64,000 nucleotides of DNA from Lingula anatina (lineage: Eukaryota; Animalia; Brachiopoda). The position numbers and the translations under genes are program-made. The first letter of the stretch is position 1. Each line of letters starts with the position of its first letter. Positions 39,875-52,494 of the stretch are shown piece after piece. Where the stretch lies: positions 10,164,587-10,228,586 of the forward strand of contig CM120648.1 in NCBI GenBank assembly GCA_051362555.1. The letters are read 5' to 3'. A model generated the notes under the pieces. It searched no databases, had not been told where the DNA came from, and saw nothing but the letters and a program-made list of their open reading frames with translations.

Positions 39875-40402
39875 CAGATGACTGAGATCTTTAGACTAGA
39901 AAGGGATTTAATACACAGTTTTTTAGCCACAAAATTTTCTCTTTAGCAAAAGACAAACATTTCAGCGCATCAAAAAATTATTTGTATTAGTAAGTGGTTC
40001 ATCTGTACAAACAACACTTCAGGTTAGTAACTGAATAAATAAACACAGCTCTATGGAACACCTGTTCTCTATCAGCTCTCGGGTTTCTAAAAATACTCCT
40101 ACAGGAAAAGCAGTTTATTAATAGCACAACTTCCAGCATTGTAAACAACATGCACTGGAAAGATCAATCACATGGGGCCTATTTTGCAAGAGAACTAGAG
40201 ATAACAATTTGGGCTGAAGATTTTTTTACTTAGACAGATATTCTAGTCAGCTTCTGTACTAGTAGAAATGTGTAGTGGTCAAGTAAAATGTTTCTCTTGT
40301 TATAAAACAGGTGTTATTTATTTCATCTTTAGAATCAGACCACCTCTGTGCTACTTACTTTAACACAACATATCTATGTGTACATGCATGCACGAGCACT
40401 GT

Positions 40403-40450
<48 letters not shown>

Positions 40451-40572
40451 TACATTAAGTTTAACCTCACCTTTCCATACTGAGCCCCAGCGTCCAGTAT
40501 TGCCACAGTGTCTGTATGCTGCTCAAGTAGATCTCCATTCACCTGAGCTGCAAGCACCTCCCCACCATTCAT
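32192..40572 (-). CDS. GMPS: GMP synthase (glutamine-hydrolysing), 17 coding exons plus a non-coding first exon near 41741-41790
   Basis: First coding exon 40471-40572 (MNGGEV...[10 protein letters not shown]). Motifs [85 protein letters not shown]. All junctions GT-AG and in phase. Confidence 0.98.
36036..36130. repeat. Imperfect hairpin / small MITE relic in a GMPS intron
   Basis: ACCCCGAG..AGAGGTCACT...GCCTCT pairs with AGAGGC...AGTGACCTC..CTCAGGGT. Confidence 0.6.
38659..38718. repeat. (GT)n(GA)n microsatellite; others: (AT)n 19933-19984 and 27223-27279, (AAAT)n 23590-23645, (AAT)n 39636-39693, (ATT)n 39829-39873, (CA)n 40404-40447, (GA)n 46446-46479, (CT)n 56572-56615
   Basis: Directly visible simple repeats. 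Confidence 0.95.
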
Positions 40573-41740
40573 TCTGCTACAGCACAATGTAGTACCAATT
40601 GTCCTACGTGATACATACAGAAACAATAGCATTAACAGTACAATGAATATACAGTGTATTTTTACAACTGTTTCACTGGCCCTGATTCTCAGGATTTCTT
40701 AGCCTGTCATTCTGCTATGTGCAGCACAATATGTGATAAACAATAACATTATTAACTATTTACAATGAATCTATATATACTGATGTTACTATGTCTCTCA
40801 GGCATTAGCATCTCTTTGCAGAATATATACAGTAATACAGCAATTGTTAATACTCTGTGATAAATACAATTTGTCAATGAATCTATAGTAGTGTTACAAT
40901 AATGACTTTGCTTATGCCATTCATTCTGCTACTGGTACAGTTTTTATAACATGGAGTCCCAATAATTGCCTGCATGTCTGATAAGCATCAAAGCAATTAC
41001 GATTTCTGTAATAATGCCGAATGCCAATAACACTAAACGGGTTATATCACTATTTGTAGGTCGTTAAGAGTACAATAAATATTTAGACTGCCCTAAGTAA
41101 GAGAGGCCTGATAGTAACAATGGTGTAACTAAAAAGAATTACATGGTTATTCCCATGTACATTAAAAGAACTTTTCAATTTTTTTTTTTGTTTCTGCCCA
41201 TCAGTGCTACTACGTACAGTACTAGTAAACAAGTTCCAGAATGCAATTGCATTGTGCGTAACTTAAGTACAAAAGTACTGCATAAGCTCATTATTTAGCA
41301 TAGGCATATCACAGACATACACACACACACACATACAAATACAGAGTATGAGGGGGGAGAGAGGGGGCGGTACTGTAATTTGGTTTGACATTGAAAGTGA
41401 AACTGCCTTTCATATCTTAATTTCCAATGCCAAAACTCACGTTAGCCAAAACATCGACGACCTCTGTAACAATCCGAGATGTAATTAGAAGTAATTATGA
41501 GTAATTTCACGCAATGGGAGCACTGTCGCTGCTTGCTGCAGTCGTGAAGATTGCACTGCACTCGTTGACATTAAACCAGCACACACACGTGAGAAACATG
41601 ATCAACAATAACAATGTCCATTTCTCCGCAGAACAACTAATCATTTTAAAAATAATGATGAAATTATCCTAGGATAATGCATTTCAACATAAATCAAACG
41701 TCACAGCATCAATGTGAGGAGGCGTAATTAAAAAACTTAC

Positions 41741-42094
41741 AAAATTTCACGAGACAGTCCTCACGCTTTTTCCGTCTTCTGTTCGCGGAGTTTGTAATGC
41801 GCATGCTCGATTATGGAACCGCGGCAAATCAGTTCCTGGCTGTTTTATCAAACTTATTATCATTTCATATGAGCAATTCAGTCAAAAATAACATAGAAAT
41901 AGTATACTGAAGATTTTTTTCTTAGAGTCATTACTAAAAATATAAATCTGAACATTTTTACACCTTGTCGGTGTAGAATGTAATCCCGCAGATGGGTAAC
42001 TAACGACGCTTCGTGACAACATAATACAACCCATGTGCTTGCAGGTGCCCCTGTCAACAACCACACTACCAGAAGGATAAGACGCTAAGAACAG
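41741..42094. promoter_or_regulatory. Bidirectional promoter with non-coding first exons of GMPS (-) and the uncharacterised gene (+)
   Basis: Minus-strand donor (aaaacttac, 41732-41740), NRF1-like TGCGCATGC at ~41798, local CpG enrichment, and plus-strand donor CAG|GTGAGT at 42095. Confidence 0.65.
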
Positions 42095-42674
42095 GTGAGT
42101 GAGGATTAAGTAAATCTCCAACTTGAGTTTGATATAGGATATATCGATAGGATGAAGGGTTGTATAATCATCTAATTGTAAATATGTTACGAGCTCAAGC
42201 ACCTGCTAATTTATATACGCGTATAATTTATAATCAAAGAGACAGCGAGATATTTGGCATGAATCACTAATAGTTTTTTCCTTTTTTAATGGTTAAAACC
42301 TATATGTACCATTACCGTAATTTCACACTGGTCGCACTTATTGCTATTGGGTTTTGCCATATTTTGTCCATGCTCAAAAATATAGTTGCACTGACACAGG
42401 CCTAGCTATATTTCTTCATAAATTATTTTGACTGAAAAAATATATATTTAATGTATATTTATTTCAGAGAAGATTAAAGATATAATAAATACATTATAAA
42501 ACTAAAGCAGTTTATTATCCAGCATATGCAAATATGCTATAAAGATGGTTTAATTTATGCATCATGCAACTGAAATGTATGGACCTATTATTGTATATAA
42601 CGATAATAAATACCAGTTTTTCATTTCTGTCTTGTAGAAAACAATAAAAAATCAAAAGAGAAATACTCAGCAAA

Positions 42675-45018
42675 ATGGAGCCTACCACAGGAGAAATAGA
42701 TGTGTACACCAAAAGACTGAGACAGCCCAATGACCAGTATACAGTCCTCACGGACACACAAATACAGAACAACCGCAAAGTAAGCAACATTTTCTTAATT
42801 TAAAAAAATTCAACGAACAATAGAATATCAAACTTGTGAACATTGTAAGTACAGTAACAATGTAATGGGGTAATGGTAAAGTGAAGTGTACATCAATATT
42901 CCCATGTAAAATATAACAGCTAAGGAATAAATTACAGTGATAGTTCACATGCTTGTGATGTATGCAGGGATAATCCATGCTTTAATTCTTAAATATCTCT
43001 CTTTAAAATTGGGGATTTGGTGTGTAATGTGAGTATAAATTTGCCCATGAAATTACACAAATATTTCCAAGCTGCATAAATCTTATAATTTATTTATTTA
43101 TTCAAACTAATGCACTGTTTTAGATAAATTGTTTTATCCAGCATCTAAATAATCAATATCATCAAACAAATTTAATAACGTAATCTGATATATTTTATAT
43201 TCTCTTTCAGCACCCTAGCATGCATTTCCATTTCTCACAGCCAAAGGTCGTACCAGATAAGCGATGGTGGGTGCCCCGCTACTGCAACCACTTCAGCCAG
43301 CATCTGGTCCGCGAAGTATCCCGCAACCAGCCGTACTGCTGGCTGGACTACCAGTGGGACCAGAACCCACACCCAGACCAGACTTCCTGTCGCCAGGGGG
43401 CGTTTGAGAAGTGGGGACCCAAGAGGAATGGTAGGAATCTTACTCATTTTTTTCAGAAGTTTCTGGTTCTGGGTTAAAATGTTAGTACTGTCTCTTGAAT
43501 GATGCAAAAAGGATGTTGTCATAGAAGTCACGTACGTTGTCATAGACCAGTCGTGCTCGTGCCTTTTTAAAATTAACTTAAACTTATCATTAACTTATCA
43601 TTTTTTAATGATGTTAATTAAAAAAATCAAAACTGAATTTGTTTTAGTCCCTACTGGACAATGCTTGGTATTACAAGCAAGGTCATTATTTAATGAGCTT
43701 AATCATCATAATACACATCGTATTTTTGTACTATTAGGTGAGAAGACATATCGCCATTTTGACGGAGAGCCCACCAGGAGTTTCCTCAATATTGATGTGT
43801 ACAGACCACCAGCCAGGTGTGAATACGGCCCCACGGTGATGGACTGCGGAAGACCTGGGGTGGGATACCACCAGCAGAAATATGCATGTAAGTGTAATAT
43901 GAAGCTTGACTGGGCCCTCTTTCACCAAAGAGACAAAATCCAAACCTGGTCTTCATTTTAAGACTGGAAAGATTTTAATTGTGTGCTCTGACAGGGGATA
44001 AATTAGTGGAAGTCCTTTGAAATGCTCGACAAGTATCTAGCTTAAATTTATTGCATTTGCTGTTAAACATTCTCTTTTGAACTGACTACTGATGAATAAA
44101 TTAGTATCAAAGTACATCAAAAAACATTTTCTGTTAACATCTCAAAGCAACTTGTATACAGGCTTAACTCACTACTTTCACTTTTAACCCACTTTCACTT
44201 TCTGTTTTCAGCTCAGAGCACCTGGTTTGGTTCCTCTGTCCCTCTGAATCGCACAGACATCCTGCAGACCATCAATCGTAAGACCACAGCTGAGTACAAG
44301 GCACTCCAGAGGCAGGAGCAGATAGATACACAGAGAGTGGACCAATGGCCAGAGTATTCTGAATATACCGATAAATTCATCATGAAAACAAAGCCTTCCC
44401 CCAGGTTGAATAAGTAAGTGAAGGAACTGTGATCATTACAGTATGATAACTTTTAAAGATATGTTGTTGTTGTTGTTTTTTTAATTTTTGATATTATTTT
44501 ATTTAGAAAACATAGTTTAAACTTAGTAATAACTACATAAGATAATCCAAAAATCCGAAAAGGTGAAAGTATTTTTTGTGAGAACATAATATTTAAATTA
44601 CTAAAAATGATAGTCTCTGAGTGTGAAATTAGAGTTATCTTCTTCAATATGCTTTGAAAATTGTTACTTATTATATGCAATAATATATTCAATTCTATCT
44701 TTAATTAATAATACATGGTTTTTGCAAACAAATTATCCTATTCTGTGATCAAGGGGTTTTCTAACATTGCTACTCCATCTTTCTATTTCCAGTCTAGAAG
44801 AAAGAAAACGATTTTTGGCTGAGTCCAGACACCAAGAGGAAATAGAGCGTGCAAAACTGGAAGCATCATGGCAACAGTCACAAATTCTGCCAACTCCAAA
44901 GGAAATGGAATTTACACCCTATGAGACAAATGTAGAACCAGTGAAAGTAGGCATTTACCCGCATTTACCTGAAATAACAAAAACACCAGGAGCACCTTTG
45001 ACGGACATATATGTATAA
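42675..45018 (+). CDS. Uncharacterised 300-aa protein (possible ciliary/sperm microtubule-associated protein)
   Basis: Exons 42675-42779, 43211-43430, 43738-43887, 44212-44413, 44793-45018 total 903 nt, fully phase-consistent: MEPTTGEIDVY...KRWWVPRYCNHF...YRHFDGEP...STWFGSSVPLNR...KTTAEYK...WPEYSEYTDKF...APLTDIYV*. Function is inference only. Confidence 0.85.
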
Positions 45019-46442
45019 AACAAACTAGGACTTATATACCATTTCCTCTCTTCTGAATACAATGGTTAGGATCTAGATCTGTTCATTTGGTCCCAGAATA
45101 AAAAGTGACTAAAGGTGAAGAGACAGCTTCGTTTGAGAGAAGGCTAAGGATGTTGGAACAAGACTTCGTCTGAGAACCATCATGAAGTCACAAAAAGGGA
45201 TAGAATTGCTGTGTACAAAAGCAAGGCATCTTTGTTAATCCATAGATGCCCAGCACATACAAGCAGGACGATGGAGGACTGATGATGACATTATGCCCAA
45301 ATATTCAATGAACTCAGTGTTCAGCAAGGGCATAAAGCAGGGAGTACTTAATTCCAGAGTCTGCAAAACAGGGGTGAAGAAGATAGGTTTTGATAAGCAC
45401 AGTGAAATGTAACTGATGGCAGTATTGCACACAGGAGCTTAGTATGAGGAATGCATGCACCTCAAAGCCATTATACTTCCATGACAAGCTATTTATAAAT
45501 GACTCCTTGTCGCTTAAATATATATACATATTGAGCCAAAATACTGGTCTTATATTATGTGCTGAAGTGCCATTGCATACTTGTACTTTCTTCATCATAC
45601 AGAGAATGACATTGTGGAATTGAAGTATTTAAATGGTATTAAAATTTAATGAAAGAAATTTACAAATTGAAATCCATATACTTTGAATGGCATTAAATAC
45701 ATTTTTCACCAATGTGAAACAAAAGTGACATGCCTTAAATCAAGATTAAAATATTTATTTATATAAGGCAAGGCATGAGATTGTTACAATATCTTTACAT
45801 AATTCATCATGTGCATTGTGAGAATGTAAAATTCACAGTAAACTAAATCATTTTTAAATTATTAAAATAACAATATCAAAAGGGTCCACTTCAGAACAAT
45901 CATTTATAAGTAATAAAAACTCTGGTTCAGTCCACATACAACATTCTGGAATAAAATATGGTCATCATCTTGAAACATTCACTTTGCTAACATTCGTCTA
46001 CCCATGCTGTGAAATTTTTATAATTCAGCCAGTATATATCAAGTCATGGCCTACAATATGTTTCTGAATACAGCACCCGCATCTTGATTTGACTAATTAA
46101 TAAGGAATGGATGATTTCCAGAGTTCAAAAACTAACCAGTGAACTTTTTATATATCACATACTACTCAGTGTATACTGAGGCATGAAGATTGTTATCATA
46201 TCAAATGGCCTCTTGTTGTAAGGTAATTAAAATGTTACCCAAAATTTAAAACTTTGATCATTTAATTTTTAATGATCCCAATTTTCTTTCATATTCCATT
46301 CAATAATTATTTTACTTACATGTTTTTAATTCTTTTTTATTGTATATAGTATAAGTATTGTATATATCATGAATAAATCAACATGTAATATATAAGTCTA
46401 ATCCCAGTTTTTATTTCATTGCTTTTTTTTTTTTTTTTTTTT

Positions 46443-46482
<40 letters not shown>

Positions 46483-46728
46483 TGGAATATTTATACCAAC
46501 AACCATCAAGAAATAAGTGCTCTTAAAAGTATGGAAATATCTGTGAACAAAATTGTAGTAAAGAAAAAATTTTTTTAACTAGAAGAGATGGGAGCACCCT
46601 GAATTTCAATCTCTTTAAGCAGAATGCTTCTGCATGCTGTCTGCAGCAAGCTCTGGTACTTGGGGTTGGCATAAGAAACATCTAAATAAATTCCTTTCCT
46701 CTGCAACTTGACAGCAAGAATTGCTACA

Positions 46729-46742
46729 GTAACCATGGTAAC
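46729..46742. promoter_or_regulatory. Consensus RFX X-box
   Basis: GTAACCATGGTAAC matches GTNRCC-AT-RGYAAC. Function untested. Confidence 0.4.
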
Positions 46743-47442
46743 AACATTATAAAGATTATAATAAAACAGCTGCTTATCAACATGAAAAATATGTATAATA
46801 TATAAGTAATTCTGATATAAAATTATATTAATTTATCATCAAGCATTATAAAATAGGAAATTGCAAATACAATTAATCAACAAATAATTTCATCAGCTGA
46901 GCTATGCAGTCAAAGTTACAACTGTTACAATAAATTTTTCCAACAGCTAAAAACCATAGTAGATGTAATCTGGTTATATTTTCTAACTGCACTCCAAGGT
47001 AGGGGCTACTATAAGAACACATACATTATGATAGCTTCATTCCCTGCTGATGGCATCTTGTCAGACATAGAAATATTGGAACAAAAACTGGCTGTAATTA
47101 TTGGAAAAATACAATACTGTAACATTCTAGGGTGAAACCAGCATCACTGCCACCAAATATAACATATTTAGCTGTGCTTTATTAAATAAAAGTGCTTTCC
47201 TTTTGCATTTAATTTTACGTATATATATAAATAATATAATAATTATAATACATTTGTAAAAATGTGACTAGAAATTAGAAGTATGAGTACAATATGAACA
47301 GGTTAGGAACATAAGTTTTTAAAGCAAAAGCAAATTTAAATAAATATTCTATCTAAATGGTTTCAAGTCACCACATGTATCAAATATCACATATGACCTT
47401 GTCACAGAAAACATCCATACTTGCCCTTTTCAGTCCTAGGAG

Positions 47443-47598
47443 CAGTGTTAGAAATTAAGGCTGGACTGTCTGCCCGGGGCTGACAACTTTCAGAACGGGC
47501 TGAGAAGTTTTCCCACCCGGCAGACATTTGAGCCAGCTACTTCTCAAGATGGCTGAACTTTCGGTCCAGCAACTAATTTTCCTAAGAGGCAAACACTG
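47443..47598. mobile_element. hAT-type MITE (156 bp) in the probable 3' UTR of the copine-like gene
   Basis: CAGTGTT...AACACTG termini with exact 8-bp TSD CCTAGGAG (47435-47442, 47599-47606). Confidence 0.9.
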
Positions 47599-48196
47599 CC
47601 TAGGAGCATTGGTTTTTTTTATCCCATTGGAAAATTAGTTTACTAGGTTCCAGAAAACTGCTGATTCCAATCAAAATATTATTATTTTTTATTAGTTCAA
47701 TTATGGAATATATAATATCATCTCTGGAAAAATAACCCAAAACCCAAAGCTAAAATAAAGCTAGTCACTTAATTTTTTTCCCATTAGTTACATGACACAT
47801 ATGCAATAATGTTATTCTACTGCTGCTGTCTTGCGACAAACATACTATCTATTATACAGTGTATTATAATCATTATAATCACATATAAAAATTGTTTTAA
47901 AGCCAAATAATATTTCAAACAAATACATACGATACATATTCCATCTTAAAGAAAAGAAAACATTTAATTGCCTAGGCATAGTAAATGCACCTGGTTAATA
48001 TTTATGATTGCTAAAAAATTTCCAAACACCACCGAGTCAGTCACCTTTTACTTATATTTATCATCACAAAACTTTTCCTTCTGGCACTAATTATAAGTCA
48101 TCTAACTTTTCTCAACTTTTGAGTCTACAATTTAGAGTATGACTTACAAAAATTGTCAATTCATTAGGTTTAAATTATTAAGTTATGGCCAAATGA

Positions 48197-51100
48197 TCAC
48201 ATTTCCAGTAAACCCAGCTGCTTAATTGCCTTAAATTGATCCGGAATTTCCATCAGAGCAGCCAGCGCAAAAGCAGCCTGTGGATTCCTTGCGTCCCTCA
48301 TGGCTAAATTAAAGTCAACAAACTGAAAGTTATCAAACCGTCTCTGTGGAATGCTGTCATCGAATTCTTTCATCATGTCCCACGGGCCATCCCCCACACC
48401 AATCATAATGATTGACAGTGGGTATTGTGCCGCCTCCACAATGGCGTGACGTGTTGCCTGCTCATTGGTTACTTGACCATCTGCCACAATGACCAGGATG
48501 TGGTACTACAAATAAATAAATTTTATATCCAATAAATAAATAAATAACGAATAAATAAATAAATAATTCATATCTAATGTATTCATATAATCAAAATCTT
48601 AAATTGCTTCATTTGCTTCGATGTATGTCTGATTCTTTAAGATGTAACATTTTTCATTTTTATAAAAGCAATTCTTCATCAATAACTGAAACTCTACATA
48701 GCATATATGCTCTCAGTAATAAGTTAAAACATCCATCAGACCCATACCATACCTAGTCAAAAATCATTGTCTTGAATGATCTATATATTTAATTTATTAA
48801 GAATGACTGAAGCAACAAATATGAAACAATATAAAAAAAAGTTATGACTGCAGTGCTATAATAGAAAGCCACCTACTGCTTTGGTTTGCCTGACAATCTC
48901 CAGCGCCCTGCGGATCAAGGGGGCAAAGTTAGTTGGTCCACTTAGCTTGACATTTGGGGTAATCTGGTTATATGCCTGGAGCGCATCATGGAAACCAGTG
49001 CAATATCCCTGAAACAGTTACAAATCACGTCAAAAATGTCCCAGATAAACATGGTTTTTACCATATCTAATCTCCGGGATACTGATCGAGTTTGATTCAT
49101 CTGACACAAACTGATAAATCCTTTGTAAAATAAAACTGTGAATATACACATGCATACACAAATAATAAATGCATAATTTAAAAAATGAAAATATTGTAAG
49201 ATAAGACAGTGAAAAGAGCAACATCTTTTTTCTTTAACCAATTTTCACCTTTCAGGTACAGAATGTCTTGTTTGACAAATCTAGTAACATCAATAATGTT
49301 GTCATTTCGATCACTTTCTATTAGCGCATTCAGATCAGTGGACAAACAGATCCGCGCATCAAATATGAAGACCCACTTAGAAGTTTGTGCTCTAATTTTC
49401 CTAAAGACAATGAATAGACTTCCTGCAGGGATTATGCAACAAGCATTTGAGTGGGTCAGTTATATTTGATCCGAGGACTAGTTAGTCCACTGTTGTGAAT
49501 GTGACTGCAATATTACCTCTGCTCTAAAAGGAAAAACTCCAGTTCCTCTGGTAGACTGGTCACCAAAACCAAACACTGGTATTATGCCATCTTCATCAAA
49601 TGGCTCTATGGTCTCTCCCAAGATACTGATCACCTGAAAGTACAGAGAACAATGCTGTCCTGTCTTGTATACAACACCACCTGGTGGTTAAAACCCTTAA
49701 GAGTTTCCATTAAAATCACAATAAATGAATAAATAGATGATTAAATAAGTTAGAAAAAAATCGTGAAAAATACAAGTATTATAACAGTCAAAATTATAGA
49801 GAAATCAAAAAAAAAAATCCAACCTCTAAAAGATAACATACATGTACATGTAGTTTTTACTTTATTTTATCTGGAAATGTGACGATAAGCATAATATCAC
49901 ATAAATAAAAGGTATTCCAGAAATATGAAAACTATCAGATTTGTGCAAGAAGAAAGGCTCATGGATGGATACGATAAGTTTCATAGTCCAAACTTCAAAA
50001 GAGAAGGATCTCATACTAAGAAATGCAAGTATCTGTACACAACACCCTATAGGCTTGTTTGTGGAACATGATAAAAGGAAGGCATAGCGAATAATGTGGC
50101 TGTGCAAATTGAAAATATACATGTGCATTTTATAGGTAAAATTTACTTTCTAGGGCTAAAGTGACATGATGGGAAGAATTCAAGCACGTATTGGTTGATT
50201 CATTAAGCATGACAGAAACACAATAATATATACAGCCACAAAGCAGGGGCAGATCCAGAGATATTTTCTGACAGTCTTCCAAATTATCTTCGTTGATCCA
50301 TCCTCCATTTTTGACCGTCTTCCGACAGAAAACATTATATGCCTGACAATGTAAACTTGAAAATCTGACCGTCTTCCGGAAGACCCAGAAGACGGCCTAA
50401 ATCCGCCCCTGACAAAGCACCCTTTATGTCCCATGTACTTCAAATGTGAGGGGGGTGGTAGTTTGCACTGTTTCTTAAAAGAACTTCAGCCCAAAATTTT
50501 GGTCAACTGCCATATATAAGAGTCCACCTAAATGAAGTTACCATAGGTCTGACTCATTTCTATCCACAGATAACTGTATGGGGTCAAATCAGACTTAAAT
50601 TTTAATCTTAAGATTCAGACCAATTTTTTTTGGCTAAAGCTCTTTTATCAAACAGGCTCAGGTTATGCATTGAATTAAACAACTATTATAATAATAAGCA
50701 AACCATAGCTTAAAAAACACAGTGGAAATTCCCTTTAACACATGGAGCACATTCAGAAAAGCGAACTAACAGATCTGGGGATCAAATATGGGGACTCGCT
50801 AAAAAGCTTGCCACTTAATTCCCAATTAGACACTGAACAGATTTCCCAAGAGGATTACACAACAAGCATTCAAGTGGATTGGCCATATTTGATCTGCGGA
50901 TCTGTTAGTCCACTGTAATTAATGAATGGGCTCTTAACTCTTCGTGATCGAAAAAGAGAAAGATGTGAAAGCACATCATGCAAAGCTCTACAAGTACCTG
51001 TTGATAAGGATTTACAGCACCCGGACCCATATAATGCAGACATCTCCCCCCAAATGTTCTCTGGCCTTGAATATTGTTACTAGCTGTGTAATCTACACCT

Positions 51101-52463
51101 GGAAAGATTACAGTAAGTGTTCTCTTAATCTGAACAAAATTTTTATAATGTCTTTTTTCCAAAATAAAAATGTTATGTTAGTACAATAATAACTGGAAAA
51201 AAGTGGCTTGGTAGTTCTGAAAATCAAGGATCACAGTAAATTTTGAAAAATGAATGAAATTAAATGAAAATTAATGGTGTTCAAATTTCTGAGTATTCAC
51301 TATACTGTAACCCAGACCCATATTGTAGATGTAAATCATAGAGAGCAAACTGAATTATATATGAAGAATTAAGAGGGACATGTGTCATGCAGAGAGAAGA
51401 CACACTACTGCAGATCAGGATTACAAGACATTTAGAAGTTAAGCGGATAAAACTCCCTCTCCTTTTTATGCTTCTTCTTGTTATCATTACTATTTTGAAA
51501 AGGGGGGGGGGGGGGGCGTGCAGTGCAAAGAAAATATCTGCCATAAATGGTTCTATTAGGAGCAATTTGCAGGCCTGACTATGTGGCACATGTGTGTGTG
51601 GGGCCTCATTCACTATGCATCTTTTCACCACTTTTGGAAAATAACCATGCCAGATCTGCATTTGACAAACTATGAAGTTTTTTTTTCACGTGGTCTCTAG
51701 ATAGGATGATCCAAGTTTTAACAACTAAGTCAAACTATAGCCACTTCAAAAAGACAATAACCCTGTTATATGTTTGACTTTTTAAAATAATGCATCCATC
51801 AATAAGCAGATGTGTGATCTTTATTACCAAAAAAAAAAAATGTCACCTTAATATTTACCTGTTGATAAGGGTTAAGAAGATCAGGGTACAGACCATGAAG
51901 AGCTCGACCTCCAAAACTTCTCTGTCCCTGGGCCAGGTTACTCAGGGTGTAATCAATACCTACCAAATATGGGCAAAGAATTCTTACTAACAGAACCTTA
52001 ACCCAAATATGGAAAAAGACCCCTTTCCAAATATAGCCAAACATCACAGTTATATAAAATTATCTATTTATAATATATTTATATTATATGAAAGAATGTT
52101 TAATATGAAAGGACAGTCTGAGGATGTAATACCTTTACAAGATGTGGGGGAATGAAGTGAGGAAATATGAAAATGAGGAGTCCTTACTACAGTACGTATA
52201 TGGGGCATGTATGGTACAGGCCAGTAAGACAAGTACACATATACTAGCTTTTTTGCTAAAACCAGCTCTTCACTATACTTCAGATGGAAGATGTCACACT
52301 GAGATCAAACATACCCTGTGACAATGCCTTTATCTAAATTTTAATAGTTTTACAAAATTTGCCCTCTAAAGTTTTGATATTTTAATAACAGGTAAAATGC
52401 CTACCATGGCTTGTTAATTAGCAGTGATGTTTTGTATATCTTTTTTTTTTTTTTTTTTATTTA

Positions 52464-52494
<31 letters not shown>

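Noticed and set aside
39521-39946. Poly-Leu, poly-Asn and poly-Ile ORFs
   Set aside because: Translations of (AAT)n/(ATT)n microsatellites. Only the GMPS exon portion ([13 protein letters not shown]...) is real.
41990-42022. X-box-like sequences upstream of the 300-aa gene
   Set aside because: GGTAACTAACGAC and GCTTCGTGACAAC match the consensus too weakly to call.
45019-45415. Purine-rich, coding-looking stretch after the stop of the 300-aa gene
   Set aside because: Several in-frame stops follow the gene's stop codon and I found no convincing acceptor. Treated as 3' UTR.
48942-49241. Possible extra exon in the copine-like gene
   Set aside because: Exons 49517-49633 and 48877-49008 join in phase with a complete domain, and the upstream AAG acceptor gives an early stop.
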